Of a DNA stretch of 64,000 nt, positions 39,946-47,838 are shown one piece after another. Numbering within the stretch: the first letter of the stretch is position 1; each line of letters opens with the position of its first letter. The notes beneath the pieces are model-generated. The model was not told where the DNA came from and ran no database searches. It saw only the letters and a program-made list of their open reading frames with translations. The translations under genes were made by a program, and so were the position numbers. The stretch comes from a virus, in the IMG/VR virus record IMGVR_UViG_3300022668_000040, positions 12,089 to 76,088 of that record; one strand, given 5' to 3'.

Positions 39946-40973
39946 TTGATAATACTTGCGCATGTTGGACATTTTCCTAATCGCTTTAAGTATAATTCCA
40001 CATTATGTTGTGCGCGCAAAAATTCTTTATTTTCCGTGACCTTATCTTTAGAATATTTGTCTATCGACTGTAGAATATGCGCAAGGTTTTGCACATATTT
40101 AACTCTTTGGTTTATCTCATACGACTCTTTTTTAATAAACCTGGCATCTATATGTGGATAATTATTCAACAAAGTCGTATTCCGTTTGACCAACAAAAAT
40201 TTGTCAAATTTATACGTGTAGTTCATTTCTTGTTGGTGTATATGTTCTCTATCTTTATCCAACACTAACAATTCATCTATTTGCTTTTGAGATAGTAAAG
40301 AGGAAAGTTCTGACAATTTTTCTAATATCTGATCTACAATAGATCGTACTTTAGTATATTTTTTATACCCTTTATTTAATTGCTTGTCCAAAGTAAGCAG
40401 AGTATTTAACTCATGCCTTGCTTTATTTGTCCAATAAAGATCCTTAATATCTTTATTGGTTTCAGCTAGTAAATCATTATTTCTTTCTAAATCAGCAGAT
40501 ACAGTGCGGAGTTTCCCTTTTACAAATTTTAAGACCTTATCTGTTATTCCCAGCCCGGTAACTTTATTTATGGCTTGCCCAACTTGTCCAGGAGAAATAT
40601 CTATCAAAAAATATATATTATGCTGTAATTGAACCGCATCACCATTTAGGCATAAGGCCGTCAACACTTCTTCGGGTACCTGTGTTCTAAGAGCCTTGAA
40701 TTCTTTACCGTTAACCTTATAAGAATTAATGCTATGTGTCTTTTTACGGATAACAATTGACTTTTCTGTGTATATTTCTACGACTGTGGATTTTGTATCA
40801 TGCCTTCTAAATTTTTCCCCAACAGGCCTATTGGTCAATACCCAATTAACAGCTCTTATTATGGCTGATTTTCCACTCTCTGTATCCCCATAAAGTATAT
40901 TCAAACCCGGACTTAACTCTATCTGAGTATTTGTATGAGACTGGAAATTTGTTATAGCTATTTTAGTTATCAT
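39942..40973 (-). CDS. sbcC: SbcC/Rad50 N-terminal half ending at the zinc hook
   Basis: NFQSH, G.TESGKSAI Walker A, coiled coil, terminal CPTC. Confidence 0.85.
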   Translation of the reverse strand: MITKIAITNFQSHTNTQIELSPGLNILYGDTESGKSAIIRAVNWVLTNRPVGEKFRRHDTKSTVVEIYTEKSIVIRKKTHSINSYKVNGKEFKALRTQVPEEVLTALCLNGDAVQLQHNIYFLIDISPGQVGQAINKVTGLGITDKVLKFVKGKLRTVSADLERNNDLLAETNKDIKDLYWTNKARHELNTLLTLDKQLNKGYKKYTKVRSIVDQILEKLSELSSLLSQKQIDELLVLDKDREHIHQQEMNYTYKFDKFLLVKRNTTLLNNYPHIDARFIKKESYEINQRVKYVQNLAHILQSIDKYSKDKVTENKEFLRAQHNVELYLKRLGKCPTCASIIK

Positions 40974-41048
40974 AGTATTTCTAATAAAATACTCTTTTGA
41001 AATATGTAATCAAGTAGCGATTTATACAAAGTGCAATTAAAATGACAA

Positions 41049-41236
41049 TGCCCCAGCAATAGTAAGAGATTGAAGAACTATTGTGGGGCACTGAAAGGCG
41101 TGGACATGATCTATTTACCCCCGTTGCCATCCGAGGGGAGGAGCAGACTATAAAAGAAAGGATGAGCTTTATTATTTCGATGTCGTCAAATGCACGATAG
41201 TCTTGCAGAACCACTCATGCCTCATGGTAGCTCACT
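41049..41236 (-). ncRNA. Structured intergenic region, candidate ncRNA or terminator complex
   Basis: Stems at 41049-41090, 41118-41138 and 41143-41151/41197-41206. Confidence 0.35.
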
Positions 41237-41246
41237 TATTTGTGAA

Positions 41247-41519
41247 TTACTTCACAGCTCGTTTCAGCTTCGCAGAGGGTTTAAATTTCACCCTATTGCT
41301 TGCCGGAATATCTATAGTTTCCCCTGTAGCAGGGTTTCTTCCTTTTCTGGCAGCTACTGGAGTGATAGAAAATGATCCAAATCCAGCTAAATCAACTTTC
41401 TCCCCTTCTTCCAATGCCTCAGCAATTGTTTCAAGGCATGCATTCAGCACAGGGCCTACTGTTGATTTTGGAATGTCGTTAAGATCAGAAATAGCTGCGA
41501 TTAGTTCAGTTTTATTCAT
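41247..41519 (-). CDS. hup: HU histone-like DNA-binding protein
   Basis: MNKTELI...GFGSF......RKGRNPATGE.I.IPA...KFKPS..LK. Confidence 0.95.
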   Translation of the reverse strand: MNKTELIAAISDLNDIPKSTVGPVLNACLETIAEALEEGEKVDLAGFGSFSITPVAARKGRNPATGETIDIPASNRVKFKPSAKLKRAVK

Positions 41520-41622
41520 TACATTTTTCCTCCTGTCCTTATTGTTATTATCAACAATTAAATTATTTTATCAGTACTCTCATATATTATATACATTTTT
41601 TACTAAATGCAAGAATAATATG

Positions 41623-43083
41623 CTACCTTTTTAACAAATCTTCTAATGAATCTGCAACATCTCTGTCCTTCCGTATCTCTACAAATCTAGGTAGAAATAG
41701 TGAGTATTCCTTTTTATTTTTACTTATGGATACGGATTCAAATTGAATTGTAACTATTTTACCAATAAGTTCTTCAAACTTAATTATTCTCTGATCATCT
41801 GAAAATCCAGATCCAACAGATACACACAATTTTCCATCCCTTGTGGAGCATTCGATAGCTCCAAGTTGTTTTTCATATTTTGTTCCTTTTTTACCATATT
41901 TACATTTTTTTATGTACAGTTCCGCTTCGGATGCATTTTTTAGTTTTACTATATTTGGAGATGTATGATCTTTCCAAATACTGTTTAAATTTTTAAGTAC
42001 CGCTCCCTCCCCTCCAGCTGCTCTTATTGTTTGATAAAATTTATTTACTTCTTTTAAAGAATGCACTTTTTTGGATTTTATTACATCCACAAACTCAGGG
42101 TCATTTACAGCCCGCACGAAACATCTTGTTTCATACAGTCGTGTATTGTAAGCTGAGCAATACTCTCCTTGAACAAAATTTCCCATAGAGTTAATTTGAA
42201 TGTACCTTTTGCCCAATTTGTCAACATAAGATTTTGGGAGATTCACAATAGGCACAGAATCCCAACATCTAAAAGCCACACATTGGACATCCTCTTTATC
42301 TGCTGTACCATGAATGCATGAATTCAGAATACCATTACCTTCTTGTCGTGATAAAATTTTTCCATCTTTTATCACAATTAATTCCCCAGAGTATACTTTG
42401 TTACAGAATGATTTGGAAGAGTAGTTATTTAATATTCCATATTTTGTGGATAATGTAGTTCTTCCACATTTCTTAGGGGGGAGGCCCCTTCCCTTCAGAA
42501 TTATTTTTTTCAGATGATCTAACTGGTATACAGTTCTTCCATTTCTTGTGATTATTTTAATTTGAAATTTACTGTTTATCATGACATAAACAAACATGCC
42601 ATCAGCTTTCTCTTGTATAATGGAAGGGAAAGTTATATTTTCAATCTTTTTCGTTGTAGAGCACCTCATATAAGGGACTACAAAAATAGTTCCCGGAACA
42701 GCCTTGTTTATTAATTTTCCACTTACACCACATTTTAAATCCTTATTTACTATTCTTCTCACCACTTCAAATGTTTTGGCATCTATAGAAGCAGCTAAAT
42801 TGGCTAATTTACTTTTTTCTTCATGGGTTGTTCCTGGCTTGTTAGCTAAAATGGATAACAAATCAAATATTTCTTTGATTGATCCCCCCTGTTGACTTGG
42901 AACTATGTTTTTAGGGTATTCCAAATCTTTTATCCCATATTTTTTATGGATATCTAAAGTGTATTTAACTACTTGTAAAAATAAAGGATCTTTTAAATGG
43001 GTCTTTAGTAAATTTACTTTTTCATTTGTAGAAGAAGTATTTTGTAGAATCTCAAGATTTTCTAATATATGCTGTAGACTCAT
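41623..43083 (-). CDS. lig: ATP-dependent DNA ligase
   Basis: EKADG adenylation motif, GELI, EGAVLKN, KLK, VGSGFSD, LFLPRF. Confidence 0.93.
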   Translation of the reverse strand: MSLQHILENLEILQNTSSTNEKVNLLKTHLKDPLFLQVVKYTLDIHKKYGIKDLEYPKNIVPSQQGGSIKEIFDLLSILANKPGTTHEEKSKLANLAASIDAKTFEVVRRIVNKDLKCGVSGKLINKAVPGTIFVVPYMRCSTTKKIENITFPSIIQEKADGMFVYVMINSKFQIKIITRNGRTVYQLDHLKKIILKGRGLPPKKCGRTTLSTKYGILNNYSSKSFCNKVYSGELIVIKDGKILSRQEGNGILNSCIHGTADKEDVQCVAFRCWDSVPIVNLPKSYVDKLGKRYIQINSMGNFVQGEYCSAYNTRLYETRCFVRAVNDPEFVDVIKSKKVHSLKEVNKFYQTIRAAGGEGAVLKNLNSIWKDHTSPNIVKLKNASEAELYIKKCKYGKKGTKYEKQLGAIECSTRDGKLCVSVGSGFSDDQRIIKFEELIGKIVTIQFESVSISKNKKEYSLFLPRFVEIRKDRDVADSLEDLLKR

Positions 43084-43095
43084 AGTAAATCCATT

Positions 43096-43596
43096 TTATT
43101 TATAGAATTTAGGGAGTATATTATATTTTTTAAATAATGCAGCCAAAGGAATTGTCAATTTCTGGGCAGGTTTTCCTTTAGATGTTACGCGATATACAGG
43201 GATTTTTTGTCTTCCCCCAACTGCTCTCTGTAACTGATTATACGATGAGCGCATCAAAATTGAGGCTTTCGGAGCTTCTGAAGGGTGTATGTAAGGGTAT
43301 TGCTTTTTTTTCAAATAATAGGCAGACCGTACCAACACCCTTGGCAAATCTTTTTGAGGTATATTATACCTTTTACAGTTATTCTCAAGCTTTGCGAGGA
43401 AGATATTACACCCACTACATATGACCCCACGAATAAGACCGCTACCATTATTTCTCTTCTTATGATGATGGTCCAAAACTGGCTTCGTTACAAATTTTCC
43501 ACATATCGGACACACCCCTCTCTGTTTTTTCAATATCCGTTTTCTCAGGGCAGGGATATCCTTATTTTTTAATTGGATTGGTTTACTGATTTTCAT
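43096..43596 (-). CDS. Endonuclease VII-family protein (putative Holliday junction resolvase)
   Basis: Q.G.CPIC......LDH.H......G.IRG..C..CN. Confidence 0.85.
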   Translation of the reverse strand: MKISKPIQLKNKDIPALRKRILKKQRGVCPICGKFVTKPVLDHHHKKRNNGSGLIRGVICSGCNIFLAKLENNCKRYNIPQKDLPRVLVRSAYYLKKKQYPYIHPSEAPKASILMRSSYNQLQRAVGGRQKIPVYRVTSKGKPAQKLTIPLAALFKKYNILPKFYK

Positions 43597-44245
43597 ATTT
43601 TTGTACTTCGGTACTAATAAAAGAAATATCCACCCCCGCCTGAGCAAATAATTGCTCTGATTCTTGGCCTGCATGATATTTTGACGCACAGACTACACGA
43701 ACTATTCCACAATTTATAATCAGCATGGCACACACCCGGCAAGGGGTCATTTTACAGTAAAGAGTTGCACCTTTTAATGAAATACCATTTTTTGCTGCTT
43801 GACATATAGCATTTTGTTCTGCATGAATTGTGCGTACACAATGAGTGGTGATAGTACCATCGGAATCTGTATGTTTTACTTGCTTTAGCTGATGCCCCAC
43901 ATCATCGCAATGGGGAAGGCCTTTGGGAGATCCCACATAACCTGTTACCAGTATTTGATTATCTCTAGTTACAACACATCCACTTCTCCCTCTATCACAT
44001 GTCGCTCTGGAAGCTACAGTTTCTGATATTTCAATAAAATAAGCGTCCCAGGAACATCTGACACTTAAATGTTGCTTACAATAGAAGGTAAATGTACGTG
44101 AAATTATACCTGTTAAATGATTTATAATAGAATGAGCATCAGTATGGGTATAGGATTGCATGTTATTGGCAAATATAAAAAATTCTACTTTTTTATCAAT
44201 CTCTAAATTACTTTTACCATTAATCTGTATACTAATATGTTCCAT
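43583..44245 (-). CDS. dCMP deaminase
   Basis: WD.YF......A.RATC.R..GC, GY.G.P.G..HC, HAEQNAI, PC..C. Confidence 0.9.
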   Translation of the reverse strand: MEHISIQINGKSNLEIDKKVEFFIFANNMQSYTHTDAHSIINHLTGIISRTFTFYCKQHLSVRCSWDAYFIEISETVASRATCDRGRSGCVVTRDNQILVTGYVGSPKGLPHCDDVGHQLKQVKHTDSDGTITTHCVRTIHAEQNAICQAAKNGISLKGATLYCKMTPCRVCAMLIINCGIVRVVCASKYHAGQESEQLFAQAGVDISFISTEVQKYENQ

Positions 44246-44270
44246 AAGCTATCCTTATTATGTATAAGTA

Positions 44271-44442
44271 AGAGAATAATGCAAATATGTACCTTTTTCC
44301 TATGCGTAATAAAAGGGTGTGTCGTCCTAAAATTCACGTTTGGAACTTTTTGGGTGTGTGGCAATGTGGAGTTGCCCCTTCACCAAGGCTCCATTTGCTC
44401 CTAAATCAAAAGTTAAGGCATGCACTATTTGCATTATTCTCT
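44271..44442 (-). ncRNA. 172-nt element closed by a perfect 17-bp inverted repeat, directly 3' of the tRNA
   Basis: AGAGAATAATGCAAATA (44271-44287) / TATTTGCATTATTCTCT (44426-44442), with an internal hairpin. Confidence 0.4.
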
Positions 44443-44447
44443 ATTTT

Positions 44448-44523
44448 TGGTTCCCGAGTGGAGACTTGAACTCCAAACCTATCGGTTATGAGCCGATGGC
44501 TCTACCAGTTGAGCTACACGGGA
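44448..44523 (-). tRNA. tRNA with CAT anticodon (Ile2-like or elongator Met), encoded CCA
   Basis: TCCCGTG TA GCTC-AACTGGTA-GAGC C ATCGG-CTCATAA-CCGAT AGGTT TGGAG-TTCAAGT-CTCCA CTCGGGA A CCA; lacks the initiator GGG/CCC anticodon stem; U6-U67 mismatch. Confidence 0.92.
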
Positions 44524-44551
44524 CTATCTCAAGCTACACGGGACTGTCTCA
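44512..44551. repeat. Tandem 20-bp duplication covering the tRNA 5' end
   Basis: AGCTACACGGGACTATCTCA AGCTACACGGGACTGTCTCA (19/20 identical). Confidence 0.9.
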
Positions 44552-44914
44552 AGAATTTCTACCAAGATTAAAATTAGTGAAATCCTCTTTACACCCGGTG
44601 GCACCAAATATCTTCACTGCTATAAAACTTGCGGGACAAGATAATCTGATTTTTTCTTTCTCCATAGTTACTATATTACAAGTTCCATAGCCATCACCAT
44701 CAGAGTCCCCTGCACACGTCATTCTTTCTACAGCAATACTGTTGTTGTCGGCATATGCATATGCAGATTCATATGCCAATTTTTCGGTGTATCCTCTGCT
44801 GGAAATGACCATTACAAAAATACCTATACTGAATAATATGCCTATAGAACACAGCGTAATTACCTTACAGTTGTGCTTACGTTTGCTCTGTGCCTTTTGT
44901 CTCTCAATACTCAT
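44549..44914 (-). CDS. Membrane-anchored Cys-containing exported protein
   Basis: TM helix VITLCSIGILFSIGIFVMVI; C.GDSDGDGYG.C...LSC...GC. Confidence 0.6.
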   Translation of the reverse strand: MSIERQKAQSKRKHNCKVITLCSIGILFSIGIFVMVISSRGYTEKLAYESAYAYADNNSIAVERMTCAGDSDGDGYGTCNIVTMEKEKIRLSCPASFIAVKIFGATGCKEDFTNFNLGRNS

Positions 44915-44961
44915 TTTATTCCCCATACGTGATAGTAACAAATTGATTGATAGCCATACTT

Positions 44962-46584
44962 TTATTCAGAAATATATTGAGAAATTGCCGCTGGAGTATT
45001 TGGAGAAAACCCGACAACATCCAACATATTATCATAATCTGGCCGCGCTATAGAAAACCTACTTGCAGTCATGCTGCAAACTACAAGTTTTACAGAATGC
45101 CCTACTTTATTTTGATATATATCCAATGCTTGCCAAGGATGAATATTCCCATGAGCAGTTTCATTATCTGTGTAAATCACTATTGCATCCACATCCCAAT
45201 TTCGTTCTTTGGCATATAGCATAGGTAACGCACAGTCGGTTCCGCTAAAAGGTAAATTGGAAATTATCTGCAATGTTTGATGTAGTGTCATGCCAGAAGT
45301 AAGACACAGCTCCCCTACACACCCATTTGCACTCAGATGTTTAACATTACGGGGAGCTCCATGTGTGGTGAATCCAATTATTCCAGTGTGTTCTTCAACT
45401 CGCATAGTAACCATAGCCAGAGCAGCAGATGCCATTCTGCAATCCAACAAGGGGGACCCGGATACTAAATTACATGCCATTGATCCTGATACATCCAATG
45501 ATAATAGTATCTTTTTACCCGTGGACTTTACATTTTTAAACGACAAATAAAACGCAGTGTCGAGAATCTGTAAAACTTTAGCGTTCACACTCCAAGATAA
45601 TGATCCTTTTATCCCCCTTCCTCTATTATAAACCAATATAGCATTAAATAGAGATAACGGGTGAATCCTACTATGCAATATACTCTCACGGTTACTCAGT
45701 GCCTCCAAAGTTTTGTTTAATGAATCACTAAACGAATCATGCATTCCTAAAGAAGCCATTTTTCCCAAATTACGCACAAGTGCAGTGTATGGCATGTTTT
45801 CCAACAATGCCTCCCACACATCTCTATTTCGCAGCAATTCTGTGGGGACTACCTCTCTAGTCAATGCGTACTTTTTAATTATACCTGGGGCTTTAAAAGA
45901 TTTGCATTTTCTAATCTTTCTTGCCCCTTCTGCATAAGGAGATACTTTTGGAATTTTTCTTATTCCTCCAGTAACGTAACCAAACAATCTGTTTTGATCT
46001 TCATTTTTTGGTTGTGCATGACACATTCGCAATACATCAGCATGTGTCCATCCCGATCTATTTTGGTATTTTAATAATTGATAAGCCAAAACATCTGTAT
46101 TTTTAGAGGTGTACCAATTTGCAATCTGCTCTCGTAAATTTCTACCAAACCCTCTCATATTCTTAATAAAAGAGACAAAGGTAAGAATATGTGTACCTAT
46201 TCGACAAACTGCATTTAAGTGTTGCAACGCATATTTTCTGGTTTCCAAATCTTCAGTGGATGCGGCCATAGCCAAACAAAAAATAGCGGCATCATTGCTT
46301 GCAGACAAACCTTCTTTTGATACAGATACTATAAGGTCTACTGCCCGCTTGCCATCTGATTTAATACACTTCTGTGCTGATTTACATGCCTCTACAGTAA
46401 GAGCCCTTTCCGAGACATAATAGGTCCCTCCTTCAGTTCCTATAACCAAGAGCCTTTCAAAATGTGCCCATTTTGAAATTTTAAAAGATATCCCTCCGGC
46501 ATTATTCCTCTTTTGTTCTTCTACTCCGGGAACCTTATCTACTTGTCCGGTTACTTTATTACCATAATGTTTATTGTAATTCAT
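44962..46584 (-). CDS. rsr: Ro60/Rsr (TROVE + vWA) RNA-binding protein
   Basis: NNAGG..F, RLLVIGTEGGTYY, KYQNRSGWTHADVLR..H, MPYTALVRNLGKM, RIHP, LDVSGSM (MIDAS), GTDCALPM, YTDNET; GAGGAG SD. Confidence 0.96.
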   Translation of the reverse strand: MNYNKHYGNKVTGQVDKVPGVEEQKRNNAGGISFKISKWAHFERLLVIGTEGGTYYVSERALTVEACKSAQKCIKSDGKRAVDLIVSVSKEGLSASNDAAIFCLAMAASTEDLETRKYALQHLNAVCRIGTHILTFVSFIKNMRGFGRNLREQIANWYTSKNTDVLAYQLLKYQNRSGWTHADVLRMCHAQPKNEDQNRLFGYVTGGIRKIPKVSPYAEGARKIRKCKSFKAPGIIKKYALTREVVPTELLRNRDVWEALLENMPYTALVRNLGKMASLGMHDSFSDSLNKTLEALSNRESILHSRIHPLSLFNAILVYNRGRGIKGSLSWSVNAKVLQILDTAFYLSFKNVKSTGKKILLSLDVSGSMACNLVSGSPLLDCRMASAALAMVTMRVEEHTGIIGFTTHGAPRNVKHLSANGCVGELCLTSGMTLHQTLQIISNLPFSGTDCALPMLYAKERNWDVDAIVIYTDNETAHGNIHPWQALDIYQNKVGHSVKLVVCSMTASRFSIARPDYDNMLDVVGFSPNTPAAISQYISE

Positions 46585-46608
46585 ATCGACTCCTCTTTGG
46601 AATTAGAA

Positions 46609-46684
46609 ACCCCGACCACACAACGGCAAGGCCGTAGGCAGAAGCAGAAGCTAGGCGAAAGGCAGAAGCAGGTGTGGACGGGGT
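46609..46684 (-). ncRNA. Stem-loop with pyrimidine-rich repeat loop in the Ro60 leader
   Basis: ACCCCGUCCACAC / GUGUGGUCGGGGU stem enclosing CUGCUU/CUGCCU repeats and an ACGGC-CUU-GCCGU hairpin. Confidence 0.5.
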
Positions 46685-46969
46685 ATACAGTATTTTTAGG
46701 AAAATAGGGCAGCTGATTTTTTGTTTGCGGCCAGCTTTATAACATCTGCATGCTGGATGTTAACCGCTTAAATTCAGCCATAGTCATTTACCCATATAGT
46801 GTGGGCGAAATTTAATACCGGGTATTCTACTGTGCATGCAAATAATAGTGAACAAAACAAACATGATTATCACTATTATTTGATTCAGCATGAAAATTAA
46901 CATAAGCAACATTGATTATAGGTTTAACTTTTTACTTCCTACTTCTTCATAGAGTAAGTAAAAATAAAT

Positions 46970-47030
46970 ATGGGCAAAATGTAAATTCAATCTTTCTGAC
47001 TCAATGCGATAACGAATTTTCGCGGCCCAT
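46970..47030 (-). ncRNA. Minimal Y-RNA-like RNA (unit A, about 61 nt)
   Basis: AUGGGC-C(bulge)-G / U-GCCCAU helix, AAAUUCG/UGAAUUU second helix, UUAUC. Confidence 0.75.
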
Positions 47031-47037
47031 TTTGATA

Positions 47038-47391
47038 TCACTTAATCAATCTTAATTTTGAATGTTTGTTTTTCTTTGGTTTTTTATCTTTTTTTGAAGC
47101 ACTCATAGCTACAGGAAGTATATAACGCGGATTCCCTTGCATTGTGAATTCTTCCGATCCATTTATTTGAGGAACTCTAAGTGTCCAAACAACGCGCCGG
47201 GGAGGCATAGACAACATGTCTATTGTTACATGAAACCAGTCATCTTTTTTAGTTTCATCTCTCACAAATTCTCGTATTATGCCCCACATTAAAGAAGAAT
47301 CTTCTCCAAAAAATACCAGAACCGTACTTCCTTGTTCAGCACTTTTTGCTTGTGTTACAATAGATTTTACTTGTTTGATAAGTTGTTTCAT
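47038..47391 (-). CDS. Hypothetical protein embedded in the Y RNA array
   Basis: 117-aa ORF between Y units A and B; W..V......P...V.W.L.......FTM.G core, basic tail ending KLRLIK. Confidence 0.65.
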   Translation of the reverse strand: MKQLIKQVKSIVTQAKSAEQGSTVLVFFGEDSSLMWGIIREFVRDETKKDDWFHVTIDMLSMPPRRVVWTLRVPQINGSEEFTMQGNPRYILPVAMSASKKDKKPKKNKHSKLRLIK

Positions 47392-47415
47392 CGAAATTCC
47401 CAATAAAAATAAAAA

Positions 47416-47537
47416 GTGGATAAAATAAAGCTCACAATGCGCGTCCTAACCACTAGACGATCACCGAATAGTCGGTGAGCAGGATTTGAACCTACGTTTC
47501 GGTCTCCAAATGACGATAAGTGAACTTAACGACCCAC
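47416..47537 (-). ncRNA. yrlA: YrlA-type Y RNA with circularly permuted tRNA domain (unit B)
   Basis: GUGGGU-C-G / U-AUCCAC helix; UUAUC; T arm GUAGG-UUCAAAU-CCUGC, closed acceptor stem UCACCGA-CUAU-UCGGUGA, D arm GUCU-AGUGGUU-AGGAC. Confidence 0.88.
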
Positions 47538-47697
47538 AAAAATTTAAAGTGTCCCAGGGTTTCAATTTTAAGCAATACTAATAGGGTGGCTACTTAAAAT
47601 ATGGCAGAGCAAACCTGGGTAATGCCTTAGCCTGCATTTTTTACCTAAATTTGTGCTGAATGGTCCACTATCCCCTTCAGCACTCCTTTACGCTTAA

Positions 47698-47830
47698 TTA
47701 TGGACAAAATGTGAAAAATGAGTATTCTTTAGACTATTGCTCTACCAGCTGAGCTACACCTTCTGTGAAGATGAATGGACTCGAACCATCGACAAACAGT
47801 TTTCAGTAATCATTTTTCTTCGGCCCATAA
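47698..47830 (-). ncRNA. yrlA: YrlA-type Y RNA with circularly permuted tRNA domain (unit C)
   Basis: UUAUGGGC-C-GAAG / UUUU-GUCCAUAA helix; T arm GAUGG-UUCGAGU-CCAUU, acceptor CAUCUUC-ACA-GAAGGUG, D arm GCUC-AGCUGGUA-GAGC, ACUGU/AUAGU stem. Confidence 0.88.
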
Positions 47831-47838
47831 ACTTGTAA

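Noticed and set aside
40981-41214. 77-aa ORF between HU and sbcC
   Set aside because: No motif, GTG start, coincides with stable RNA stems
46600-46700. tmRNA tag-like reading frame (ASASAYGLAV)
   Set aside because: No stop after the motif and no tmRNA tRNA-like ends or pseudoknots recognised
47785-47806. CUGAAAA as a Phe anticodon loop in unit C
   Set aside because: The register is off by one against the AUAGU/ACUGU stem, so no isotype can be assigned
47416-47830. Two ordinary or pseudo tRNA genes
   Set aside because: Arm order is T-acceptor-D with a closed acceptor loop and no CCA end, embedded in a Ro-binding stem; this is the YrlA architecture
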